From assembly GCA_028284905.1 (NCBI GenBank), contig JANQQU010000003.1:1-64000 (forward strand): a stretch of 64,000 nt of DNA, in the 5' to 3' direction. The DNA comes from Calditrichia bacterium. Lineage in GTDB: Bacteria; Calditrichota; Calditrichia; RBG-13-44-9; J075. The notes beneath the pieces were generated by a model that did not search any database, had not been told where the DNA came from, and was given only the letters and a program-made list of their open reading frames with translations. Both the position numbers and the translations under genes were made by a program. Of this stretch, positions 30,274 through 37,591 are shown piece after piece (within the stretch, counting starts at the first letter, position 1; the number at the start of each line of letters is the position of its first letter).

Positions 30274-30996
30274 TTAGGAATCTTTCTTCTTGCCGGCTAA
30301 TTTCTTTTTCAACTGTGCTAATGCATCTTCTACGGATTTATCCTTCATTGCCTTATCGAGATCGATTTCTTTCTCTTTATCGGCACTTTCCAGCTTTAGC
30401 AATTCTTCCGATGCTTCCGCTTCTGCTTCCATTTGCAGGATCTTACCTTCGTAGGATTCCAGGGCTTTAATGGAGTCCAGATCACTAATGGAACTGGAAA
30501 TACTTCCCATTGCTTCCCGGGATTTCTTCAGAGCATTCTGGGTGCGCATTTGCGCGTCTGCGGCCAGCTTGCGCCGAATCAATTCTTCTTTCTTCCGCCG
30601 GGCGGTCTGAACCTGATCTTCCAGTTTATCCAGATTTTCCTTCATCTTTTCCGCGAGTGCTGTGGCAGTTTCTATTTCAGTTTCCAGGGCGCTTACCCGG
30701 TTGTCCAGTTCCAGCTTTTTCGTAATAATCTGACGGGCAAATTCCTCGTCGCCGCTCTCCAGGGCTGCTGCTGCCTTTTTCTCCAGCACCTCCGCCTGTC
30801 CACGGGTCATTTCGATTTTCTTCTCCAATTGCTTTTGCTGACCAATCGCTTTCACGGTTTCCCGGCGGAGTTCGATAATGCTTTCTTCCATATCGCGGAT
30901 AAGCTGTTTTACCATTACCTCCGGATCTTCAGCGGCATCCAGCATATGATTCACATTTGCTGAAATCAATTTGGAGATACGTTGTAAGATGTTCAT
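30274..30996 (-). CDS. pspA: PspA/IM30/Vipp1-family membrane-stress protein (copy 2)
   Basis: 240 aa. MNILQRISKLISANVNHMLDAAEDPEVMVKQLIRDMEESI is the canonical PspA N-terminus. Confidence 0.9.
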   Translation of the reverse strand: MNILQRISKLISANVNHMLDAAEDPEVMVKQLIRDMEESIIELRRETVKAIGQQKQLEKKIEMTRGQAEVLEKKAAAALESGDEEFARQIITKKLELDNRVSALETEIETATALAEKMKENLDKLEDQVQTARRKKEELIRRKLAADAQMRTQNALKKSREAMGSISSSISDLDSIKALESYEGKILQMEAEAEASEELLKLESADKEKEIDLDKAMKDKSVEDALAQLKKKLAGKKKDS

Positions 30997-31053
30997 GATA
31001 GAACCTCCATTAAGGATTTGTATTTACTTCGGACAGTCTGTGCTTGTCCCCCG

Positions 31054-31443
31054 TTAAGCCTGCATGATCCGCCGGATGTCTAGCCCTTCCTTATCGAGAG
31101 TGATTAACAAACCGGTCGATGCTTTGCAGTGCTTCAGGTAATTTCTTAATTTCACTTCATCGGTCAGGTTAATTTTTCTGTCCAGGCGGATAAACACCGC
31201 CAGGTCGTCAAAACACAAGAAGTCTTCTGTTACTTCTTTTCCTGATACTGCCGCAACTGCTCTGAGATTTTGAAATTTAACATTCTTCAGTTCGAATTCT
31301 TTCATCAATGCTTTTGCATAACTGCTGTTATTGTTATGCTGGGCGGTGCGATAAAAAGCGCGTTGCGCAGCGCGGATGATTAAAAAGGTTTTGGCCTCCC
31401 AGATGTCGGCCGCTTTGTTTTGATGTTTGCTTGTGTGTACCAT
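31054..31443 (-). CDS. GxxExxY-family (PD-(D/E)XK-like fold) small protein
   Basis: 129 aa. The pattern ...YAKALMKEFELKNVKFQNL...DFLCFDDLAVFIRLD...LRNYLKHCKASTGLLITL matches the GxxExxY architecture. First gene downstream of the sigma-54 promoter. Confidence 0.45.
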   Translation of the reverse strand: MVHTSKHQNKAADIWEAKTFLIIRAAQRAFYRTAQHNNNSSYAKALMKEFELKNVKFQNLRAVAAVSGKEVTEDFLCFDDLAVFIRLDRKINLTDEVKLRNYLKHCKASTGLLITLDKEGLDIRRIMQA

Positions 31444-31535
31444 TGCCCTCTACCCTCGTCAGCACATTAAATCTTCTGACTTTGCCTTCTTTAAGGCTTT
31501 TTCTTTTTCTCTTTTAACTTGCTACTTGTGCTATT

Positions 31536-31552
31536 CGCAACAGGTGTGCCAA
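31536..31552 (-). promoter_or_regulatory. Sigma-54 (RpoN) promoter, -24/-12: TTGGCACACCTGTTGCG
   Basis: Exact TGGCAC-N5-TTGC on the minus strand. Lies ~90 bp upstream of the GxxExxY gene and 0.54 kb upstream of pspA copy 2, and immediately downstream of the pspF-like gene. Confidence 0.7.
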
Positions 31553-31587
31553 ACAAGGGAATGCGGGTTTCAGGGGTTTTTCGGGGG

Positions 31588-31634
31588 AAATTTGGTGGTT
31601 TTTTTCGCCAACTTGGTTTTTTTCACCACCAATT
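31588..31634. promoter_or_regulatory. Inverted repeat AATTTGGTGG-N27(T-rich)-CCACCAATT upstream of the sigma-54 promoter (candidate enhancer/UAS)
   Basis: Arms at 31588-31598 and 31626-31634, lying 40-100 bp upstream of the -24 element. Confidence 0.35.
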
Positions 31635-31644
31635 ATCTGGTGTT

Positions 31645-32619
31645 TTACACCATTAATTCTTCAAGCTTGTATTTCTTATAGAAGTGCCGAAACTGATCGT
31701 AAGTCATTCCGAGCATCTCCGCGGCACTGCGCTGATTGCCTTCGGCTTCTTTCAATGCATTTAGGAGGAGGGTCTTTTCGTAGGCGCGAACTTTCTCGTA
31801 AAAATTTCCGCGAATGGGTTCTACCGAGGTAATTTCCATTGGCAGCTCGCTGGCGTGGATCGTGCCGTCTTCATCATAAAAATAAAGCCGCTCTATCATG
31901 TTTTTTAGTTGGCGGATATTGCCGGGCCAATAATAATTTTTCAGTTCGTTAATGGCCGAGGGCGTAAAGTTTTTTTCATCCAGATTGGGAATTTCCCGAT
32001 GGAGTTTGTCGATGAAATGGGCGATCAGGGCGGGAATGTCCTCCCGACGCTTTCGTAGGGGTGGGAGGGTTAGCTCTGCAAAAGAGAGGCGATCGTAGAG
32101 GTCTTCCAGGAATTCGCCATTTTTCATCATCTTTTCCAGGTCGGCATTTGTCGCGGCGATAATCCGTACATCGACGGTAATCGATTTGGTGCCCCCTAAT
32201 CTTTCGAACTTCTGATATTCAATTACCCGCAGCAACTTCTCCTGCACCGTGCGATTCATGTTCGCCACTTCATCGAGGAACAATGTACCGCCGTCGGCAA
32301 TCTCCAGTTTGCCGGCCTGGGCGTCAACCGCGCCGGTATAAGCCCCTTTCTCCCGGCCAAACATTTCAGCGATGATCAAATCTTCCTGAAAAGCGGCACA
32401 GTTTACAACAATATATGGTGCCTCGCCACGGCCGCTCTCGTTGTGAATGAATTGGGCAAGCAGCTCCTTGCCGGTGCCTCGCTCTCCACGGATCAACATG
32501 GGGCGGGCAATTTTTGCATAAGTAGATGCCTGCTGTAAGACTTTTACATATGCTTCGCTGTTCCCGATGCCAAAAGGAATTTTATTTTCGATTATTTGTT
32601 TTTTCATTTCGCCGGCCAT
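31645..32619 (-). CDS. pspF: PspF-like sigma-54-dependent transcriptional activator (AAA+ domain + C-terminal HTH, no receiver domain)
   Basis: 324 aa. Walker A GERGTGKE, GAFTGA-like loop (GAYTGA), Walker B/R-finger region, C-terminal Fis-type HTH. The receiver-less architecture is typical of PspF. Confidence 0.85.
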   Translation of the reverse strand: MAGEMKKQIIENKIPFGIGNSEAYVKVLQQASTYAKIARPMLIRGERGTGKELLAQFIHNESGRGEAPYIVVNCAAFQEDLIIAEMFGREKGAYTGAVDAQAGKLEIADGGTLFLDEVANMNRTVQEKLLRVIEYQKFERLGGTKSITVDVRIIAATNADLEKMMKNGEFLEDLYDRLSFAELTLPPLRKRREDIPALIAHFIDKLHREIPNLDEKNFTPSAINELKNYYWPGNIRQLKNMIERLYFYDEDGTIHASELPMEITSVEPIRGNFYEKVRAYEKTLLLNALKEAEGNQRSAAEMLGMTYDQFRHFYKKYKLEELMV

Positions 32620-32743
32620 TGGAATTTTATCTTGCTGCTATCTGAGGGTTTCGGACGATTACAATGCCCATACAACGGGCGGTGGACTGGAAAATAGTAA
32701 ACATATGGGAAAAATGAAAGTGCGATGATAATCGATAATCGTA

Positions 32744-32771
32744 GTAGAGACGATTCATGAATCGTCTCTAC
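32744..32771. repeat. 28-bp perfect palindrome GTAGAGACGATTCATGAATCGTCTCTAC (family copy 2)
   Basis: Perfect self-complementarity. Differs from copy 1 (20914-20941) only at two symmetric positions (AG/CT to CG/CG). Confidence 0.6.
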
Positions 32772-32914
32772 TCTACCACAAAGGTTAACCTGACAGCCCT
32801 AAAAATAACCATTGTTCGGAGAAGCAAAATGGAAAATGCCACAAAATGGGTATTTTTTAAGGAGATATCCTTTGTAGATTTCAATATATCTAAAGTTCCG
32901 GATATTGCCGGTCC

Positions 32915-33646
32915 ATGAAACCGAAGGAGTTCTCCATGCGATTTTATCTACCGATATTATTTGTGCTGCTGATAATATCATCCCTTACATTTGCCCAAAG
33001 CATCTATTTAGGTGCTAGCGGGACACTATCCACCAGTATTAGTGAGAGCAATGCAGAAGCGCCAATAGTCGATCATCGCAATGTTGGCATTGCCGGCCTT
33101 GACTTCCGCTACAAATTTCAGAATGAGTTGCCGTTATCTATCGGCTTGCAGGCCCGCTACGGGGAACGCACTTTACTGGATCGCGGCCCGGTTTTCGGCG
33201 ATGGCACTGCAAATCCTACCGGACTAAACCGGGAATTGAAAATTTTTCTGATGGAGGTTCCGCTATTATACCATCGCCCGCTTTCCCAAACCTGGGCTTT
33301 AAACGGTGGATTGCAAAGCGGTTTCGCTTATTTGAAAGTAAATGAGCTGGCAACTTTTCATGCATCTGGCGATGGTGAAGCGGTTGCTCAGGCTACCGGC
33401 TCAGGTTCGGGAACATCTTTTTCCCTTACACCGGTTCTGCAGTTAACGCATCAGCTGAGCGCACCGGCCTTTCTCACCATTGGCGCCGAATATCGCTTAC
33501 TGCAGTTTGACGTCACCTGGATCAAAGATTTCGAATTTGCCGAGAATCTCAATCCCTTGCTTTCCGATGCCACCGGCACTTTTGACCTCGACGGCTTTTT
33601 CTTCAATGTCGGGCTGCATTTTAAACTGTGGGAATCGGACGATTAG
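32915..33646 (+). CDS. Outer-membrane beta-barrel protein (hypothetical porin-like)
   Basis: Signal peptide MRFYLPILFVLLIISSLTFAQS, amphipathic beta-strand periodicity, C-terminal ...FKLWESDD. Confidence 0.5.
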   Translation: MKPKEFSMRFYLPILFVLLIISSLTFAQSIYLGASGTLSTSISESNAEAPIVDHRNVGIAGLDFRYKFQNELPLSIGLQARYGERTLLDRGPVFGDGTANPTGLNRELKIFLMEVPLLYHRPLSQTWALNGGLQSGFAYLKVNELATFHASGDGEAVAQATGSGSGTSFSLTPVLQLTHQLSAPAFLTIGAEYRLLQFDVTWIKDFEFAENLNPLLSDATGTFDLDGFFFNVGLHFKLWESDD

Positions 33647-33715
33647 ATTACAATTGTCAATCGACCTTTGGGTTATAGTTTATACACATCTTTTACGTTG
33701 GGCAAAAGAAGGTTA

Positions 33716-33890
33716 GCGATATTTCGCCCTTACAGGGCTTATGATTATTTATAGATAACTTGGCTATAAATATTTTGCCCTACAGGGCATTCGATTTGTT
33801 TCTAAATCACGTTTCAGAAGAGAAATCCCGTAGGGACGATCTATTTATAGCTAAAGTGATAACAAGAAATATTTCGGCCCCATGGGGGCG
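33716..33890. repeat. Tandem ~50-bp repeat (4 units), each with an AT-rich leader (ATATTTCG) and a short GC hairpin (GCCCTTACAGGGC / GCCCTACAGGGC / TCCCGTAGGGA / GCCCCATGGGGGC)
   Basis: Hairpins at 33725-33737, 33776-33787, 33825-33835 and 33876-33888. Spacer-like segments share TATTTATAG. Confidence 0.5.
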
Positions 33891-34063
33891 TCATGTATAC
33901 CTGCTTGCAAAGCGGAAAATAACCATAGCCTAAAGGACTACTACAAGACCTTACCTCTTTCTTTAAAACGTATTTATATTCTCCACGAAAAATGCGCTGG
34001 ACTTTCAACTCCGGAAAAAGCATATTTACAGACAAATCAATCCTAAACGGAGAAAGGGAGTCT

Positions 34064-34480
34064 ATGAAACAGCAATATTTTTTAGCAGCAATTTTCGTTT
34101 CGTTATTTCTGTGGGTGGTATCCTATAGCGCCTACCAGGAAGGAGATGCGGTATCCGTTAAGAATTTTGTTTTCTGTACCGGCGTGGAAGAAAGACAGCC
34201 GGTCGGGCAGGATACTGTATTTAGCAATACCATCGAACGGATTTACTGCTACACAGAATTTACCAGCAGCACCGGAAACGAAACCGTCCACCATGTTTGG
34301 TATCATGGGGAAGAAGAACGGGCCCGGGTCGCGCAAAACATCAAATCGACGCGCTGGCGGAGCTGGAGTTCCAAACGAATCGTTCCTTCCTGGAGCGGTG
34401 ATTGGCGGGTCGATATCGTTGCAGCAGACGGTAGCGTTCTGGCCAGCAAATCGTTTACGGTTCGGAAAGACGGGGAATAG
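34064..34480 (+). CDS. Membrane-anchored hypothetical protein (possibly DUF2914-like beta-sandwich)
   Basis: Likely start at the Met at 34064 (RBS GGAGAAAGGGAG), not 33992. Single N-terminal TM then a soluble domain. Confidence 0.4.
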   Translation: MKQQYFLAAIFVSLFLWVVSYSAYQEGDAVSVKNFVFCTGVEERQPVGQDTVFSNTIERIYCYTEFTSSTGNETVHHVWYHGEEERARVAQNIKSTRWRSWSSKRIVPSWSGDWRVDIVAADGSVLASKSFTVRKDGE

Positions 34481-34536
34481 ATTTTCGGTCTTCCCGATTA
34501 TTACCTGATTTTTTTATCTATTTAGTGGCACTTGGC

Positions 34537-34590
34537 AGTGGCAGTCGGCAGTTAACAATTACGGCTTACTGCAACTGCCACTTATTTATT
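34537..34590. terminator. Hairpin between convergent genes (AGTGGCAGTCGGCAGTT...ACTGCAACTGCCACT, then TATTTATT)
   Basis: Imperfect 15-17 bp stem between the end of the 34064-34480 gene and the end of rfbB. Confidence 0.45.
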
Positions 34591-35656
34591 GTTCTCCATA
34601 TTGCTCCTTCATCCACTGTTGATATTCACCGCTTTTCACTCGAGATACCCACTGATCATTTTCCAGATACCACTCGATGGTTTTGCGGATGCCGGTCGTA
34701 AAGGATTCCGCCGGACGCCAGCCAAGCTCTTGATTAATTTTGCTGAAATCGATCGCATAGCGCCAATCATGGCCGGGGCGATCCTTAACAAAGGTAATTA
34801 GCTCTTCCCGGGGGGCGCCACCATCTGCCGGCAGAATTTCGTCCAGGCAGCGACAAATTTCCCGAACAACCTCAAGATTTTTCATTTCGTTATCACCACC
34901 GACATTATAAGTCTCTCCGTGGCGGCCACGGTTCATAATTGCCCAGATGGCAACGCAGTGATCCCGCACGTAGAGCCAATCCCGCACGTTGCTGCCATCG
35001 CCATACACCGGCAGCGGCTTGCGCGCCTGCGCATTGAGCACCATTAAAGGAATCAGCTTCTCCGGAAATTGAAAAGGCCCGTAATTGTTGGAGCAATTGG
35101 AGATAGTAACCGGGATGCCGTAAGTTTTATAATACGCCCGCACCAGATGGTCGGAAGAAGCTTTCGAGGCGGAATAGGGACTGTTTGGCTTGTAAGAGGT
35201 TGTTTCGGTAAAAAATCCTTCATCCCCCAGACTGCCAAACACTTCATCGGTACTGACGTGGTGAAACAGCTTCAACCCATCCTGACGCTCGCGGGCAATT
35301 TCCAGCAAGTTGAAAGTACCGATAACGTTTGTCTGGATAAAAGCACCGGGGCTAACGATCGAGCGATCCACATGGGATTCCGCCGCAAAGTGACAGATTG
35401 TATCAACGTCATACTTTTCAGCAATCAGCCGCAGTTTTTCCAGATCGCAGATGTCGGCATTTTCGAAGATGTACCGCTCGGGAAAGTCTTTCTCGATGCT
35501 CTGCAGGTTTTCCGGATTACCAGCGTAGGTAAGCACATCAACATTGATAATTCTACCGGAAAAATCGGTTTCTCCTAATACATAATGGATAAAATTTGCG
35601 CCAATGAATCCACTGCCGCCAGTTACTAAAATGTTTTTCATTCGTGTCTCTTTCAT
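34586..35656 (-). CDS. rfbB: dTDP-glucose 4,6-dehydratase
   Basis: 356 aa. NILVTGGSGFIGANF Rossmann motif, YSASK catalytic motif, global RmlB similarity. Confidence 0.95.
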   Translation of the reverse strand: MKETRMKNILVTGGSGFIGANFIHYVLGETDFSGRIINVDVLTYAGNPENLQSIEKDFPERYIFENADICDLEKLRLIAEKYDVDTICHFAAESHVDRSIVSPGAFIQTNVIGTFNLLEIARERQDGLKLFHHVSTDEVFGSLGDEGFFTETTSYKPNSPYSASKASSDHLVRAYYKTYGIPVTISNCSNNYGPFQFPEKLIPLMVLNAQARKPLPVYGDGSNVRDWLYVRDHCVAIWAIMNRGRHGETYNVGGDNEMKNLEVVREICRCLDEILPADGGAPREELITFVKDRPGHDWRYAIDFSKINQELGWRPAESFTTGIRKTIEWYLENDQWVSRVKSGEYQQWMKEQYGEQ

Positions 35657-35821
35657 TTATTAGCCACTGATAAACACTGATTTTCACAGATAAAGAACTT
35701 ATCTCCCATAGTGCTCTTTATCCGTAAGAGTACGTGTATTTTCGAGGGAAAATTCATTAAAAAAATTGGTTCTATTACATATTTTGTGATTCGATATTAT
35801 TTGTAGCACCTTTTATGTAGC

Positions 35822-35965
35822 ACCTTCAGGGTTAAAACTTATAACCGACTCTCCCTTTGGAACTTTGCGGTAATAATACGCCAAAGGCGTTACAGATCTC
35901 AACCGTGGGGCGTTGTTTTTTCGCGCCCCACGGTTAGAGATAATTTTTACAAACCCTGAAGGGGT
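35822..35965 (-). other. Structured intergenic element: outer helix (ACCTTCAGGGTT / AACCCTGAAGGGGT) enclosing a perfect 12-bp hairpin (AACCGTGGGGCG / CGCCCCACGGTT) and a second small hairpin (ACGCC-AAA-GGCGT); candidate cis-regulatory RNA or small repeat element
   Basis: Nested inverted repeats read directly. GC-rich stems in an AT-rich 465-bp spacer between the exonuclease gene and rfbB. Confidence 0.4.
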
Positions 35966-36121
35966 TACAGAATTTTTCATCTTAAATATTGCCAGTAAAT
36001 TCATTTTCACAAAATTTAGCAAGCAACAGATCAATATCGTTACGTTAAGTATTTACACCGCTGATTAGAAAACGTTTGAAAGGAAAGTATTTTCGGCAAG
36101 CAAAACAGGCGAGAAGCAAGG

Positions 36122-36802
36122 CTACTTCGCGCCGCTAAACTCATAATTTGCTTCGCTAATGACCGGTTCATAGCGGTAAACTTTATTCCAAAGATTCAAG
36201 GTTGTCGCAACATCAAATTCGCAGTACCGGACAATTCGCTCCCATTCATTTTCGATATAAGCATCAAACACTTTACCGCCGCTTAAATCCCCTTTCGGGC
36301 TGGGAATGCCATGTAATTCCGCTAAAATTCCCAGGGACATCACCTTGCTGAAATCCCAGTTATAGTAATGCATCATCAAATCGAAGTGCGGGTCGCTGCG
36401 ATAGCGGGCGAGCATACGAAAGCGATCATTAGACGGCTTGATGCCATGATAGGTCATTCGCTGCAGAATGAAGGGTATATCGAAACCGATACCATTGTAA
36501 TGAACAAACACCCCACGCACCGTTTTGATGACATGATTAAACTCTTCGAGGATCTTGTATTCGTCATGCCCGTAAAGGGACTTCAACTTTATTTTTTCGC
36601 CATCATGAATGTAGCCGAGGGAAATACAGATCACCTTTCCAAAATCACCATTGATGCTGGCAAAATAGCGAAAGTCAAAATCCGGATTACGCTCCTTTTG
36701 ACGATCGATTTTTCCCTGAACATATGCCTGCACTGTTTCGCTATATTCCGAAAAATCGGCGGCCGGAACGGTTTCAATATCTAGCGCGAGATGGTCTGCC
36801 AT
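36122..36802 (-). CDS. Predicted 3'-5' exonuclease, RNase H-like fold, PolB-exonuclease-related (COG3298-like)
   Basis: 226 aa. LALDIETVP (Exo I DxE), YNGIGFDIPF (Exo II), conserved Asp/Tyr in the C-terminal part. Confidence 0.65.
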   Translation of the reverse strand: MADHLALDIETVPAADFSEYSETVQAYVQGKIDRQKERNPDFDFRYFASINGDFGKVICISLGYIHDGEKIKLKSLYGHDEYKILEEFNHVIKTVRGVFVHYNGIGFDIPFILQRMTYHGIKPSNDRFRMLARYRSDPHFDLMMHYYNWDFSKVMSLGILAELHGIPSPKGDLSGGKVFDAYIENEWERIVRYCEFDVATTLNLWNKVYRYEPVISEANYEFSGAK

Positions 36803-36919
36803 AATATATCCTCTGGATGAAAATGTTTGCGGTGGCTGTCTGCTGAATAAAAACTAATCAATCCCTGATGCGTTTGCAAGGGCTAAGAGAGTTACAAATT
36901 CGGAATTCGGAATTCCGAA

Positions 36920-37420
36920 TTATGGAATGTAGCCTTCAAACTTCTTTAGTAAATCCTGCATGGAAGGCATTTCCAGGTGGCGCACTTTCGCCCCGGATGA
37001 TGTAAAGATCAATTCCGATGCCTGGTGAAAATCCTGCCCACGATATTTATCGGAAAGATAAATGACTTCCTTGATTTTCTTTTGGGCAATCTGTTTAGCA
37101 CATTCGTTACAAGGAAAAAGTGTGGCATAAATACGGCAATTACGGAGGTCATTGGTGGTTGAACTGAGAATAGCATTCGCTTCCGCATGAACGACGTAGG
37201 GATACTTGGTATTAATCCAGTCGCCTTCCCTTTCCCAGCTGAAATTCGCCTCGTCTACCCCGGCGATAAAACCATTGTAGCCAGTACCAACAATATGGTT
37301 TTCATCATTAACGATCACTGCGCCCACTTTACTGCTGGGATCTTTTGATCGCAATGAAGTAAAGATCGCGATTCCCATAAAATATTCATCCCAGCTTAGA
37401 GAAATGGATGACTGCGCCAT
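36920..37420 (-). CDS. dCMP deaminase (ComEB/cytidine-deoxycytidylate deaminase family)
   Basis: 166 aa. HAEANAI and PCNECAKQI zinc-binding motifs. Confidence 0.85.
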   Translation of the reverse strand: MAQSSISLSWDEYFMGIAIFTSLRSKDPSSKVGAVIVNDENHIVGTGYNGFIAGVDEANFSWEREGDWINTKYPYVVHAEANAILSSTTNDLRNCRIYATLFPCNECAKQIAQKKIKEVIYLSDKYRGQDFHQASELIFTSSGAKVRHLEMPSMQDLLKKFEGYIP

Positions 37421-37591
37421 TAATACCTCCGCTTATTTGTAGTTATTTCCTGCATAAAAAAGCAGCGTCACGACTATTTTTAAGTGATTATAGACAATTC
37501 GAAGTCTATCAAAAAAAGACATTCCAATATAACATTTCAGGAGTGAATAACAATCCCCAATCAGGAGATTTCGGCGGGGAAATAGTTCCGG

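Noticed and set aside
33716-33890. CRISPR-like repeat/spacer geometry (~20-bp repeat units separated by ~33-bp segments)
   Set aside because: Only 4 units. Repeats are too short and too degenerate (different stem sequences in each unit). Spacers share sequence (TATTTATAG). No cas genes nearby. Better explained as tandem regulatory or REP-like hairpins.
35813-36034. 73-aa ORF predicted in the rfbB upstream spacer
   Set aside because: It runs across the nested inverted repeats. It has no RBS and no sensible protein features, so the stretch is more plausibly structured non-coding sequence.
36920-37420. dCMP deaminase as a possible nucleotide-depletion antiphage defence gene
   Set aside because: It is the standard ComEB/dCMP deaminase architecture with canonical Zn motifs, in housekeeping context, without the kinase or extra domains seen in defensive deaminases. 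It was noted only in the context of the neighbouring exonuclease.
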